Source: Trueperaceae bacterium
Lineage (GTDB): Bacteria > Deinococcota > Deinococci > Deinococcales > Trueperaceae
Length of the DNA: 64,000 nt
NCBI GenBank assembly: GCA_965213925.1
Contig: OZ243927.1
Coordinates: 2,528,001 to 2,592,000 of the forward strand
Direction: 5' to 3'
Shown one piece after another: positions 18,719 to 29,032 of this stretch. Within the stretch, counting starts at the first letter, position 1. The number at the start of each line of letters is the position of its first letter. A program made the translations under genes and the position numbers. The notes below the pieces were generated by a model. It was not told the origin of the DNA and ran no database searches. It saw nothing but the letters and a program-made list of their open reading frames with translations.

Positions 18719-20038
18719 TCACGCGCCTACTCGCGAGTACTTCGCGAAGCTGTTGAGCCACGCGGCGAGCCGGGCGGTGTCGTGCTGCGCGTGAGGGCCG
18801 GGACCGAGCAGCTCCAAAGCGCTCACCTCGACGCCGGCGCGCTTAAAGGGCGCGAGGTCAGCCGGGACGACCTCCGCGCCCAAGGCGCTGTAGCGGTTGC
18901 GGCGCGACTTGTCGACCACGCTCTTGTTGAGAAGCACCTGGTCGGGGTAGCGACCTAGATGCGCGTGGATCGCGGCGACGTGGTCCCAAGCGCTAAAGCC
19001 GTCGGTCTCGCCGGGCTCGGTCATCACGTTGCAGATATAGACGATCGGCGCTCGCGTCTCTAAAAGCGCCCGCTTCGCCCCCGGCACGAGCAAGGGGGGC
19101 AAGGTGCTCGTAAAGAGGCTGCCCGGTCCTAGAACGATGAGGTCGGCGGCGTAGAGCGCCTGGGCGACGTCGGGGACGATGGCGGGGTCGGGGGGCTCGA
19201 GTAGCACCTGCGCCACCGGACCCGGCACGGTGCTCACTTTGCTCTCGCCCACGACCTCTTCGCCCGAGCGCTTGATGGCCCTGAGTGAGGTCGCGTCGGT
19301 CGTGATCGGGTAGACCGCGCCGCAGAGGTTGAGGAGCGCGTTCAAGACGCGAATCGCCCTGGCGAAGTCGCCCTCGACTTCGGTCAAGGTGGTGATGAAG
19401 AGGTTGCCGAAGGTGTGCCCGGCTAGCTCGTCGCCGCGCTCGAAGCGGTACTCCAGAAGCCGACTCACCTGCGACTCGTTGTCCGACAGCGCGGCCAAGC
19501 AGTCCGTGAGGTCGCCCGGCGCGGGGATGCCGAAGGCGTCGCGGAGCCGCCCCGAAGAGCCGCCGTCGTCGCTCACCGAAACGACGGCGGTGATGTTCGA
19601 GGTGTAGTCCCTGAGCCCGCGCAGCAAGTTAGACAGACCCGTGCCGCCGCCCAGAGCGACGATGCGCGGTCCCTTCGCCAGCGAGACGCGCTGGTGGAGA
19701 AGTACGGCGGCGTCTTTGGGGCGCGGCATCCAGTTGGACAAGAGGGAGCGGTTTAGGCGTCCGACTGCCCACACCGCCACGCTCAGCCCGACCAAGAGCG
19801 TCAGCAGCGAGAGCCACCCACCCCACGTCTCCCACATGCGGCTCGCTAAACGCTGCTCTAGGGCCCCGAACATGAGGTAGTCGTCCGCCTGGCGTATCCA
19901 GAGGACGTTGCCGATCACGCCCGCGACGAGAAGCAGCGTGCCGAGCGCGGCGACGAAAACGTGCCGCTTCACGCCCATGCCCGGCGTGAGCCAGTAGCGG
20001 ACGTTGCTCATGCGGCGCAAGCGTTCAAGACGCGCCAT
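18719..20038 (-). CDS. yvcK: YvcK/GlmR (UPF0052) family protein with N-terminal TM segments
   Basis: GGGTG, DDGGSSGRLR, GHTFGNL and GPGSLFTS motifs. Confidence 0.92.
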   Translation of the reverse strand: MARLERLRRMSNVRYWLTPGMGVKRHVFVAALGTLLLVAGVIGNVLWIRQADDYLMFGALEQRLASRMWETWGGWLSLLTLLVGLSVAVWAVGRLNRSLLSNWMPRPKDAAVLLHQRVSLAKGPRIVALGGGTGLSNLLRGLRDYTSNITAVVSVSDDGGSSGRLRDAFGIPAPGDLTDCLAALSDNESQVSRLLEYRFERGDELAGHTFGNLFITTLTEVEGDFARAIRVLNALLNLCGAVYPITTDATSLRAIKRSGEEVVGESKVSTVPGPVAQVLLEPPDPAIVPDVAQALYAADLIVLGPGSLFTSTLPPLLVPGAKRALLETRAPIVYICNVMTEPGETDGFSAWDHVAAIHAHLGRYPDQVLLNKSVVDKSRRNRYSALGAEVVPADLAPFKRAGVEVSALELLGPGPHAQHDTARLAAWLNSFAKYSRVGA

Positions 20039-20903
20039 GCGACCTCTCGGGTTTGGGCGGCGCGTGTTCAGCGAGCGCGAGCGTCACGTCGCGGTGGTCG
20101 GCGTAGGTCGCGAAGGTCTCGGCGAGGTCGTGCGTGAGCCGCTCGGTGATCGCTACCGAGCGGTGCTGACCGCCCGTGCAGCCCAGCGCGACGGTGTAGC
20201 TCGAGCGCCCCGCCGACACCGCCCGCGACGCCAGAAGCCGCACGAATTCGCGCAACTCGGTGTAGAAGGCGAGCCCCTCGCTCGTGAAGACGTAGTTTTT
20301 GACGCCCTCGTCGCGTCCGTCGAGGTGGCGCAGCGATGGGTCGTAGTAGGGGTTAGGGAGCGAGCGCAGGTCGAACACGTTGTCCGCGTCGATGGGCGCG
20401 CCGCGCTTGAAGCCGAACGAGACGAGGCGCAAGCGGAAGCGCCGCTCGTCGCCGAAGCGCGTCCACAGCTCCTCGGTGAGTTCGCGCGCCGACGAGGTCG
20501 AGGTGTCGAGCACGAAGTCGGCTAGCGAACGCAAGCCGCCCAATACCTCGCGCTCTTGCGCGATGTCCGAGCCCAAAGGCGCTTGTCCGAGCGGATGGGT
20601 GCGCCTCGTAAGGTTATAGCGTTTGACCAACACCTCGTCCGAAGCGTCTAAAAAGATAACTTCAGGCGTGATGCCCCGCGCTTTAAGCTGCTCCAACGCA
20701 CCGGGCACGTCGCCCAAAAAATCCCTCGTACGCACATCGATGCCGACGACGACCTTGTCCAGCGCGGTGCTCGCCTGGGCGAGCAGGTCGCCCCAGAGCG
20801 TCGGCGGCAGGTTGTCGGCGGTGAAGTAGCCGATGTCTTCTAGGGCGGCTAACCCCGTCGCTTTGCCCGCGCCGGAGAGCCCCGTTAAGATCACGAATCT
20901 CAT
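20025..20903 (-). CDS. rapZ: RNase adapter RapZ / YvcJ P-loop protein
   Basis: TGLSGAGK, SFGFK.G, LPNPY and GCTGGQHRSV motifs. Confidence 0.95.
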   Translation of the reverse strand: MRFVILTGLSGAGKATGLAALEDIGYFTADNLPPTLWGDLLAQASTALDKVVVGIDVRTRDFLGDVPGALEQLKARGITPEVIFLDASDEVLVKRYNLTRRTHPLGQAPLGSDIAQEREVLGGLRSLADFVLDTSTSSARELTEELWTRFGDERRFRLRLVSFGFKRGAPIDADNVFDLRSLPNPYYDPSLRHLDGRDEGVKNYVFTSEGLAFYTELREFVRLLASRAVSAGRSSYTVALGCTGGQHRSVAITERLTHDLAETFATYADHRDVTLALAEHAPPKPERSHGAS

Positions 20904-20907
20904 AGTT

Positions 20908-21558
20908 TTAGTCGACCTCGCTAGGGGAGACGAGTGTCAGGCTGAACACAGCCTCTTCATCCTGGATAAGAAAGGTCGCGCCGCGCGGCGAACGCCATAG
21001 CACCTCGCCCGAGCCGACGAGCAGCGACCGGGCGCGGACCGGCGCAGGGCGTAGCGTCCGCTTAGGCGCAGCGTCTCCTGCGACGCCCGGCAGACGCGCC
21101 ACGTTTTGATAGATAGACCAGCCCTGCCCGTCGAAGCGCAAGTAGCGCCGACCCGCCACGTCGACCCAGAAGGTGACGTGAGCCGCGGTGCGCTCCGCAA
21201 TCCCCCAAGCGGCGGGCGGCACGAAACCCGCCTCGCGGCGGACGCAGAACGTGACGCCGGAGGTATTTGCGGTGCCGGGGCTGAGCGGCACGACCTGCGC
21301 CTCGCCGTCTCGCGCTGCGTGCTCAGCGACCACTTCGGCGCTGGTCCTGTCCAAAAAGCAGCCGACGCGCACCCGCGTTACCGCGCCGCTCCTCTCGCTA
21401 TAGGCGTCGAAGCCGCGCTCGCGGAGCCCGCTCACCGCCGCCGCCGCCTGCTCAGCGTTTGCAAACGCGGCGGTTTGCAGCGTCCACGCCCGCGCGTCCT
21501 GGGCGAAAGTTGAATTGAGCAAAACAAACAGCGCGAGGGGTAGGGCGAGCCGCAACAC
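20908..21558 (-). CDS. SPOR domain-containing secreted protein
   Basis: Signal peptide then WTLQTAAF...RVRVG SPOR pattern; GTG start at 21558 lies 6 nt after TATGAT. Confidence 0.7.
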   Translation of the reverse strand: MLRLALPLALFVLLNSTFAQDARAWTLQTAAFANAEQAAAAVSGLRERGFDAYSERSGAVTRVRVGCFLDRTSAEVVAEHAARDGEAQVVPLSPGTANTSGVTFCVRREAGFVPPAAWGIAERTAAHVTFWVDVAGRRYLRFDGQGWSIYQNVARLPGVAGDAAPKRTLRPAPVRARSLLVGSGEVLWRSPRGATFLIQDEEAVFSLTLVSPSEVD

Positions 21559-21683
21559 GCGGCTATCATACCAAGTGCTCGGATGAGGAGAGGTGAAGGG
21601 CGCACGTGTGCGGTACATAGTGTCAGACAGAACTAAGTTTTAAGCAGACGTGAATGTATAAGCGCATTCCGACGGGTTAGCTT

Positions 21684-22367
21684 TCAGAGTGTTTCCGCGC
21701 GCCGACTCGCTAAATGGCTGACGTGCTCATCGACAAGCTTCCGAAAGTTCTCCAGCACCCGCAGCCCGACCTCCTGGCTCTTCTCGGGGTGAAACTGCGC
21801 CGCGTGCAGGTGCCCTTGCGACACGGCGCTCTTAAACGTCACCGCGCCGTGCTTCGTGGTCGCGCCAGGTATCTCAGCCGCAAAATCCACGTAGTACGAG
21901 TTGGCGAAGTAGACGAATGCGCCCTCGGCGATTCCTTCTAAGAGGGGCGGGTCGCCGTAGGGATAGATTTGGTTCCAGCCCATCTGCGGCACGCTGACGC
22001 TCGAGTCGTCGAAGCGCTTGACCTCGCCTTTGAGCGCGCCCAAGCCCGCTACCCCCGGCGCTTCTTCGGAGCGCTCCATGAGGAGTTGGAGCCCGACGCA
22101 GATGCCTAGAAAGGGCTTTTTTTCCTCCAGGTGACGCCGCACGGCGGGCTCGAAGCCGGAGGCTAAAAACGCCTCCATGACCTGGCGGAAGTGACCTTGC
22201 CCCGGCAGGACCAGCGCATGGGCGTCCGCCGCCTCTATTGGGTTGCCCGTAAGCGTGACGTTCAGCCCGGCGCGCATGAGCGCTTTGTGGACGCTGTGGA
22301 GGTTGCCCGCGCCGTAGTCGATGAGGACGGTTTTGGGGGCGTGTGCTGGTGTGGGAGGAGAGGTCAC
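21684..22367 (-). CDS. hisH: Imidazole glycerol phosphate synthase glutaminase subunit
   Basis: DYGAGN, LPGQG, GICVG and QFHPEKS motifs. Confidence 0.96.
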   Translation of the reverse strand: MTSPPTPAHAPKTVLIDYGAGNLHSVHKALMRAGLNVTLTGNPIEAADAHALVLPGQGHFRQVMEAFLASGFEPAVRRHLEEKKPFLGICVGLQLLMERSEEAPGVAGLGALKGEVKRFDDSSVSVPQMGWNQIYPYGDPPLLEGIAEGAFVYFANSYYVDFAAEIPGATTKHGAVTFKSAVSQGHLHAAQFHPEKSQEVGLRVLENFRKLVDEHVSHLASRRAETL

Positions 22368-22948
22368 TCGAGCACCCCTTTCGTCGAAGGCAGCGTCTCC
22401 GAGGTCACGCGCACCGCCTTGCGGAGCGCCTTCGCGAACGCTTTGACGACGGCCTCGCTCACGTGATGCGTCTCGACCCCGGAGAGCACCCGCACGTGCA
22501 TGGTGACGCCCGCGTGCGCGCAGAAGCCGCGCAGCAGTTCGCGCAGGTGGTGGACGTTGAAGCCGCCCGCGTCACCTTCGAAGCCCGCAGGCTCGAACGC
22601 GAGCAGAGGTCGCCCCGAAAAGTCCAGCACGACGTGCGCCAGCGTCTCGTCCATCGGCACGAAGGCGTCGGCGTAGCGCTCGATGCCGCGCCGCTCGCCC
22701 AGCGCGGCGCGAAAGGCTTGACCCAAGGTGATGCCCGTGTCCTCCGCCAAGTGGTGCACGTCCACCTCCAAGTCGCCCTGCCCCTCGATATCGAGCGCGA
22801 AGTCGCCGTGGCGGATAAGCTGGTCCAACATGTGGTCCAAAAAGCCGTGACCCGTGTTCGCGCCCCCGCGTGCGGGTTCGTCGAGGTTGAGGGTGACCTC
22901 GAGCCGCGTCTCCTTCGTCTCCCGCTTGATGCTCGCCGTCCTAGCCAT
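22364..22948 (-). CDS. hisB: Imidazoleglycerol-phosphate dehydratase
   Basis: FLDHML, DVHHLAED, PMDE and HHVSEA motifs. Confidence 0.96.
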   Translation of the reverse strand: MARTASIKRETKETRLEVTLNLDEPARGGANTGHGFLDHMLDQLIRHGDFALDIEGQGDLEVDVHHLAEDTGITLGQAFRAALGERRGIERYADAFVPMDETLAHVVLDFSGRPLLAFEPAGFEGDAGGFNVHHLRELLRGFCAHAGVTMHVRVLSGVETHHVSEAVVKAFAKALRKAVRVTSETLPSTKGVLE

Positions 22949-24017
22949 CTGCGACGACCTCTTGTCGTTCGGCGTGAAGAACGTCCCTCGCCGTCTCTAA
23001 AAACGCCTCGTTCTCCTGCGGGGTTCCTACCGACACGCGCAGACAGCCGTGGAGTCCACGCAGATGGTCCTGCTGCCGGATCAGCACGCCTCGCGCCAAA
23101 AGCGCCTCGTAGAACGCGCCCGCGTCCGCCACGCGGAAGAGCAGAAAGTTCGTTTCGGACGGAAAAACCTCTACCCCCAACGCCCGCAATGCTCGGAAGA
23201 GCCTTTCCCTTTCGCGCACCGTTTCGGCGACGCGCGCCGCCACGAAGTCGGTGTGCTCTAGTGCAGTGAGTCCTACCGCAGCTTGCAGCGACGAGACGGA
23301 GAAGGGCATGACGACCTTCTGTAACTGCTCGGCCAACTCGGGCTGCGCGAGCGCGAACCCTAAGCGCACGCCGCCCATCCCGAACGCCTTGCTGAGCGTA
23401 CGCAAGCAGGCGACGTGCGGATACTCGCGGGCGAAAGGGGAGAGGTCGGTGCCCGAGAACTGGTAGTACGCTTCGTCTAAAACCACCGTCCAGTTCGGCG
23501 CAGCCGCTCGGATGAGGTCTTCGACGACCTCTTCGGCGAACACGTTGCCCGTCGGCGCGGCGGGGTTGGCGAGAAAGAGGATGCCCTGACCTCTTGACAG
23601 CTCCTCTTTAAGCGCACTAACGGGAAGCGAAAAACCCTCCCCTAAAGGCACCTCGGTCAGCTCGGCGTTCAAGAGGTTCGCGGACAGGCTGTAGACCGAA
23701 AAGGTCGGCGTGACGCTCAGGACGCGCCGACCTAGCCCACACGCGATTACAAACGCCTGAATCAGCGTGTTCGAGCCGCCCCCCACGACGATGCCCGCCT
23801 CATCCCACTTCATCTCGCGCGCTAAGGCGGCGCGGAGCGACTCGGCGGCAAGTTCGGGGTAGCGGTTGGTGCTCACGCGCTCCAAGCGCGCGAGCACCTC
23901 TCGTTTAAGCTCAAAAGGCAAGTCGTAAGGCGACTCGTTCTGGTCGAGCTTGACGGAGTACGCTCTGGCGGAGAAGTGATAGGCGGGCGTGGCTAGGACT
24001 TCGGGTCGGACGCTCAT
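22941..24017 (-). CDS. hisC: Histidinol-phosphate aminotransferase
   Basis: LDQNESP, DEAY and RTLSKAFG..G.RLG motifs; first gene of the his cluster; TACAAT 6 nt before the ATG. Confidence 0.93.
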   Translation of the reverse strand: MSVRPEVLATPAYHFSARAYSVKLDQNESPYDLPFELKREVLARLERVSTNRYPELAAESLRAALAREMKWDEAGIVVGGGSNTLIQAFVIACGLGRRVLSVTPTFSVYSLSANLLNAELTEVPLGEGFSLPVSALKEELSRGQGILFLANPAAPTGNVFAEEVVEDLIRAAAPNWTVVLDEAYYQFSGTDLSPFAREYPHVACLRTLSKAFGMGGVRLGFALAQPELAEQLQKVVMPFSVSSLQAAVGLTALEHTDFVAARVAETVRERERLFRALRALGVEVFPSETNFLLFRVADAGAFYEALLARGVLIRQQDHLRGLHGCLRVSVGTPQENEAFLETARDVLHAERQEVVADG

Positions 24018-24045
24018 GGGGGTATTGTACCAGCCTGTGAAAAGT

Positions 24046-24081
24046 GGAAGAGGTGGCGAAAGCTTTTACGCCACCTCTTCC
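24046..24081 (-). terminator. Terminator hairpin after the lipoprotein gene
   Basis: GGAAGAGGTGGCG...CGCCACCTCTTCC 13-bp stem. Confidence 0.65.
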
Positions 24082-24109
24082 CGTCTTTATGTGTTCCTTT
24101 GCGTTGAGT

Positions 24110-24556
24110 TCACTCTACCCGAACGGTTTTCTCGAGCGTAATTAGATCACCCTCTGCCCCACCCGTGCTAGAGCTACCTTTATCACGCCCTTCTACTCTA
24201 ACGGCTGCAGAACCAACTTCTTCAAACGTGATTTGAGTTGTATGCTCTAGACGTGTTGTGACGAGCGGGCAAAGCTCATCCTTACCGGGAATGATGGTGA
24301 GGTCGTAAGGTCTCAAAACAGCTAAATTTCCGGTGATGTCATGTTCGGTTCCATCAGCCTCCGTGCAGCCGCTACCAAACGTTCTCACCGTAACCTCGAA
24401 GGGTACGCCCACTTGAACCGTCGTGGGAACTGAAAGAACCGCTTCTTCGGTGGGTTCGTTAGACGTTATGACGCCTATTTCGCGCACCGCGCCGCTGTCA
24501 CCGCAAGCCGCGAGAAGCACGAGGAGAAGGGCAAGAGAGAAAAGCCAATTCTGCAT
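24110..24556 (-). CDS. Hypothetical lipoprotein
   Basis: LAAC lipobox; beta-rich mature domain with two Cys. Confidence 0.75.
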   Translation of the reverse strand: MQNWLFSLALLLVLLAACGDSGAVREIGVITSNEPTEEAVLSVPTTVQVGVPFEVTVRTFGSGCTEADGTEHDITGNLAVLRPYDLTIIPGKDELCPLVTTRLEHTTQITFEEVGSAAVRVEGRDKGSSSTGGAEGDLITLEKTVRVE

Positions 24557-24656
24557 GGTAACTGTCTCCCGAATCTTCGGCGGGCACGTCTAACTCCGAT
24601 GCCGCAAAGTTTAGCATGACGCTGACAGCTCTCTCTTAATCCTCGCTTAATCCTGA

Positions 24657-26834
24657 CTACTGCGCTTGGCTCCGCGCCTGCTCGAGCAGTTCGGTAAAAC
24701 CAAGCTGCTCCTCCGCGCCCACTTGCACGGACGTTTCGGCGAGTTCGGGGCGCAACTGGACGGCCTGCTCGAGCGGACCCACCGCCTGCGCGTAGCGCTC
24801 CAAATCGTAGTAGATGAGCCCCAAGTTAAGCTGCGCCTCGGCGTTTTCGGGGTTCGCGGCGACGGCGCGTTCTAAGAATTCGATGGCCCGGTCGAAGCGT
24901 CCTAGGCGGAAGTAGGCGAAGCCCAAGTTGTTGAGGACGGGCGCGCTCTCGTCCAGGTCTTCCAAGGCTTGCTCGTAGCTCGTGACCGCGTTGCGCAGGT
25001 CGCCCTGGAGCTGCCGAGCGTAACCCTGATAAAAGGCGACGAGCCCGCTGTTTTGTAGTTCTAGCGCGCGGGTAAAATTCTGCTCTGCGGTGTCGGCTTC
25101 GTCCGCCTCCAACGCCGAGAGCCCCGCGCTGAAGAGTGACGCGGCTTCGGGCTCTAGGTCAATGGGCTCGCCTTGGGTAAGCGTCCTGTTCTGGGCGATG
25201 AGCTGCCTGGCTTGCTGGGCTCCCTCGAGTTCGGGGTCGAGGGTGAGCGCTTCGTCTAAGGCGTTGAGCGCCTGGTCGTAACGACCGGCGCGGCCCAACG
25301 CGACACCGTAGAGCGAGTAGAGTTCGGCGTCTTGGGGCGCTTCTGGGAGCAGCGTCTCTAGGAGGTCAATCGCGGCGTCGTTCTGCCCCGCTTCTAAGAG
25401 AATCTGGGCGAGGTTGATCTGGACGGTACTGTTCGTTTGAGGCGCGTTCTCCAGGGTAGCTCTCGCTTCGTCCAGTCTGCCTTGCTGCGCCTGCGTGATG
25501 GCGAGTTGGTTCAGCACGCGCAGGTTGTCGGGCTCTAGCTCGCGCGCCTCGAGCAGCACGTTCTCCGCCGCCGCGTCGTCGCCCGACTCCGTTAGCAGCG
25601 ACGCCTCGGCGAGCGCTAAACCGACGTCTTGCGGGTAGAGCGTGCGCCCCTCGCGGACGAGGTCCGACGCTTGCGCGGCGACCTCGTCCGGCAGTTCGGC
25701 GGCTAGCGCGTAGAGGTCGGCGGACGCACCGGCTTGCTCGGAGGTCGTGGTGCGGAGATAGTTCAGCGCGTCCTCGGCGCGTCCTTGGCGGACGGACTCG
25801 AGGACGAACGCCCGAGCCAGCGTCGCAGAACCCGGCACGCGCGCCGCGCCGCGTTCCAACGTCGCTAGCGCGCCTTGCGCGTCGCCCGCGGTGCGCTGCG
25901 CCGCGGCGAGGTCGATATACGCGGGGACGTAGCGCGGGTAGGCGTCAATAGCTGCCTCTAAACTCGCGGTGTCATCCTGCAAGCGCCCCAACCCGGCGAG
26001 CGCCAGGGCGTGAGTTGGGTTCAGGAGGAGCGCCGCTTCGAAGGCCTGTTGCGCGGTCGCCTCGTCGCCGCTCGCTAAGAGCACCGCACCCCGTACGACG
26101 AGTGCTTCGACATCTTCAGGCGCACTCTGAATCGCCTCTAAGGAGGTCGCTAACGCACCCTCCGTCTCGCCTGTGCGCGTCAAAATCTCGGCTTGCTCGG
26201 ACGAAACCCAGCTCGAGTCCGTCTGGAGTTCCAGAACCGTTTCTAGCGCCGCCGAGTCGTTCGTCTGTAACCCAAGCGACGCTTCGGCGACGGCGCTCAG
26301 GGTGCCTAAGGGCGGCGTCTGCGCTAAGACCGCGTCAAGTTGCGCCCGGTCGTCCGCGCTCACGCTCAGCTCCAACTCGCTGATGACGGTGTTCGTCACC
26401 GAAGTGAGGAGCGCTTCGGGCGCGTCCAATGCGCTATTTACAGTGATGACTCTAGGCGCGGGGTAGTCCGGTCCGGCGAAGATGATCTGGACCTGCGCCT
26501 GCCCCCCAGAGACCTCGACGACGCCGCTCACGAGCGCCGAAGCGCCGTAAGCCTCCGCGAAAACCTCCGGGCTGAGCGTCCCCTGACCCTCGAAGCGTTG
26601 CGCCACGAGGAGCGTATCGCCGACGGGCGGTACGTACACGCCGTCGATCACATTGAGCGCGCGCTGGAGCCCGGTGGGGATGCCCAAGCGGTAGGGCAGC
26701 GCGTCACCCTGTCCGTCGAACGCCAAAACAGGTAGGTGCGTGACCTCTTGCGTTGTCGGTGCGTTCTGCGCGAAGTTCTGCGCGAACGTCACAAAGAAAA
26801 AAGGAATTAGAAGCGGTAAGAGTCGTTTCATCAC
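24657..26834 (-). CDS. Secreted tetratricopeptide repeat protein
   Basis: Signal peptide; many TPR-like repeats (NNLGFAY..LG.FD.A, LNLGLIY). Confidence 0.88.
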   Translation of the reverse strand: MMKRLLPLLIPFFFVTFAQNFAQNAPTTQEVTHLPVLAFDGQGDALPYRLGIPTGLQRALNVIDGVYVPPVGDTLLVAQRFEGQGTLSPEVFAEAYGASALVSGVVEVSGGQAQVQIIFAGPDYPAPRVITVNSALDAPEALLTSVTNTVISELELSVSADDRAQLDAVLAQTPPLGTLSAVAEASLGLQTNDSAALETVLELQTDSSWVSSEQAEILTRTGETEGALATSLEAIQSAPEDVEALVVRGAVLLASGDEATAQQAFEAALLLNPTHALALAGLGRLQDDTASLEAAIDAYPRYVPAYIDLAAAQRTAGDAQGALATLERGAARVPGSATLARAFVLESVRQGRAEDALNYLRTTTSEQAGASADLYALAAELPDEVAAQASDLVREGRTLYPQDVGLALAEASLLTESGDDAAAENVLLEARELEPDNLRVLNQLAITQAQQGRLDEARATLENAPQTNSTVQINLAQILLEAGQNDAAIDLLETLLPEAPQDAELYSLYGVALGRAGRYDQALNALDEALTLDPELEGAQQARQLIAQNRTLTQGEPIDLEPEAASLFSAGLSALEADEADTAEQNFTRALELQNSGLVAFYQGYARQLQGDLRNAVTSYEQALEDLDESAPVLNNLGFAYFRLGRFDRAIEFLERAVAANPENAEAQLNLGLIYYDLERYAQAVGPLEQAVQLRPELAETSVQVGAEEQLGFTELLEQARSQAQ

Positions 26835-26878
26835 CCAGAAGTATACCTAGTGACGGGTGAGAAGCAAGCTGGGCGGCG

Positions 26879-28042
26879 TCACTCGCCGCGCACCGTGACC
26901 TCCACAGGATCAGCTTGCATTTCGACCCGAACGATGCTGTAGTCCGCGCCGTCCACCCTGCCCCAATAGCCCCTCGTCTCGTCCCCCTTCGAAAAGACTA
27001 GGCGCAAACCTCTCGCCGTGAAACTCGCTTCGCCGCCGCCGAGAAACCCTATCCCGCTCGCGCTCGTTTCCGGTGAGTCGATAAGTCGCTCGAGCACGTT
27101 GCCGAGCACGTCGGGTCCGAAAACGTCCGCCGCGAAGATCGTGCCGGGGTCGTAGTAGCTGCCGACCTCTTCGGCGCTGCGCTCCGCCAAGATGCGGAAC
27201 TCACCGGTCTCGGGGTCGAGCGTGTCGCCGCTCGAGATGAGGCTCACTTGAACGCCTGCGAACGTATCCAGCGCGCCGCCTACGGTTTGGGGCAGCTCCA
27301 GAATCACCGCGTGACCTTCCCCCACGACCTCCCACGGACCCATTTCGGGGATGACTAAGGCGGTGTTCTCGCCCACGCCAACGCCTAACCGTGTTCCGGT
27401 CTCGGCGAGTGCCCCTAAAAGCCGACCGAAGCGCCCGCGCTCAAGCGAATGTTGGTCCAAAATAACGTTCCCTACAAAGCCTAAACCGGGCTCGAGTGTG
27501 ACCGGGGTCGGACCCGCTAAGAGCGTGTCGATGCTCTCACCGCCGCTGATCATCGTCTCGCTCATCACGGCTAGACCGGCGCTCGTCCCTGCGACGGGGA
27601 CCCCCGCGTCAAAGCGCTCGCGCAGCGCCGTTAGCGCAGGCGTCTCTAACCACGCCTCCGTGATGCGCCGCTGGTCGCCGCCCGTGAAGAAAAAGCCGCC
27701 GCAGCTTCGGATGGTCGTCAGCACCTCGTCGTCCGAGGTGCTCGCTGGGGCGTTATCGACGGTGATGTCTACTACAACTGCTCGCGCGCCGTAGCTCGCG
27801 AAGTCGCTCACGTACGTCTCGGCGCTGCCTTCGGGGTCGGAGCTTGCGGTGCCGAACACGCAAAACGTCGTGTCGTCCTCGGCAAGCTCGAGGATCGCCC
27901 CGTAAACCGCTTCGTTGCTCGGCTCGAGGCCCCCGCCGATCGCGACGAGCGGTCCCGCTTGCGCGGCGGAAGCCGCTACAAAACCCATGAGTAAACCCGC
28001 GATCATCCAACCGCGCCGACATCCGACCATCCGCTCGAGCAT
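26879..28042 (-). CDS. Cyanophycinase (peptidase S51), probably secreted
   Basis: IGGG, FTGGDQ, GTSAG (catalytic Ser), DQH..RGR.GRL and GVGENTA motifs; AQA signal cleavage site. Confidence 0.88.
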   Translation of the reverse strand: MLERMVGCRRGWMIAGLLMGFVAASAAQAGPLVAIGGGLEPSNEAVYGAILELAEDDTTFCVFGTASSDPEGSAETYVSDFASYGARAVVVDITVDNAPASTSDDEVLTTIRSCGGFFFTGGDQRRITEAWLETPALTALRERFDAGVPVAGTSAGLAVMSETMISGGESIDTLLAGPTPVTLEPGLGFVGNVILDQHSLERGRFGRLLGALAETGTRLGVGVGENTALVIPEMGPWEVVGEGHAVILELPQTVGGALDTFAGVQVSLISSGDTLDPETGEFRILAERSAEEVGSYYDPGTIFAADVFGPDVLGNVLERLIDSPETSASGIGFLGGGEASFTARGLRLVFSKGDETRGYWGRVDGADYSIVRVEMQADPVEVTVRGE

Positions 28043-28147
28043 ACGTTCCTCCCAAAGATTGATGTGCCGTTCTCTCGGCGGTCCTTACGAGGAAACCGCT
28101 TCGTCCCCTCTTTTTGTCTGCCCATCCCTAGCGTAAGTCACTGAACA

Positions 28148-28549
28148 TCAGTCTAAACTAAACCCGTCGGGCAAGAGTTCAGCCGTGCTGTAGTGCTTGA
28201 CGACGCCCTCGTGGTTGACCATGTAGACGTCCGCGTCTTTTGAAAACTCGAACAGAATCTGCCGGCACGCGCCGCAGGGCGTGGCGGGGTCTTCCGCTTC
28301 TGTATAGACAACCAACTCCGAGAAGCTGCGCTCGCCCGCCGACGCCATCGCCTGAATTGCGGACTGCTCCGCGCAGCGCGAGAGCCCGTAGGAGGCGTTC
28401 TCGATGTTGGCACCCTGATAAACGGTGCCGCTTTCCGCTCGCAGCGCCGCGCCGACCTGAAACTCCGAATAGGGCACATAGGCGTTCTCGCGGACGCTTC
28501 TCGCAGCGTTGAGCAAATCCTGCGGCGGTTCTTGATCTAGCTTGGACAT
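28148..28549 (-). CDS. cdd: Cytidine deaminase
   Basis: PYS.F.VGAA, NIENASY, CAE and PCGACRQ motifs. Confidence 0.96.
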   Translation of the reverse strand: MSKLDQEPPQDLLNAARSVRENAYVPYSEFQVGAALRAESGTVYQGANIENASYGLSRCAEQSAIQAMASAGERSFSELVVYTEAEDPATPCGACRQILFEFSKDADVYMVNHEGVVKHYSTAELLPDGFSLD

Positions 28550-28555
28550 CCTTTA

Positions 28556-29032
28556 CTATACGCTTCCGAAAAGCCACGTTAGAAGAGGGGGTCCCAAAAC
28601 CAAGAGTCCGACAAAGATAGAGCCGACCGCCGCGAGCAGCACCGCGCCCGCCGCCGCGTCTTTGGCGCGTCTGGCTAGAGGGTGAAACTCGGGGGAGGCG
28701 AGATTGACAGCGGCCTCGAGCGCGCTGTTCATAATCTCCAACGAAAGCACGGTGAGGCAGCATAGCAGGATAGGGACGAGGTTGACCCGGAGAACCAGAC
28801 CGAGGAGCAGCGCGAGTGCGCCAACAGCAACTTCGATGCGGAAGTTCTGCTCGGTGCGCCACGTCCGCGCGACGCCCATCCAGGCGAAGCCGAACGAGCG
28901 GCGCAGCTTTTGGCTGTCGATAATTTTTTCGGACTTCGCAGCAACTTGGTCCGCCGCGTTTTTATCCGCCTCTTTATCCAAACCCTCTACAGCGTCAGAA
29001 TGCGCGCCTGATTGCTCTTGAACCTCTCCCAC
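28556..29032 (-). CDS. dgkA: Diacylglycerol/undecaprenol kinase (DgkA family); start uncertain
   Basis: SF.FA..G, E.NFR, E..NSA.E and AKD.AAGAV motifs. Confidence 0.88.
   Translation of the reverse strand: MGEVQEQSGAHSDAVEGLDKEADKNAADQVAAKSEKIIDSQKLRRSFGFAWMGVARTWRTEQNFRIEVAVGALALLLGLVLRVNLVPILLCCLTVLSLEIMNSALEAAVNLASPEFHPLARRAKDAAAGAVLLAAVGSIFVGLLVLGPPLLTWLFGSV

Noticed and set aside
22343..23269. 308-aa plus-strand ORF and similar long antisense ORFs (847-1584, 17689-18519, 49371-50090, 48095-48700)
   Set aside because: Shadow frames opposite well-conserved genes, expected at this GC content, with no motifs
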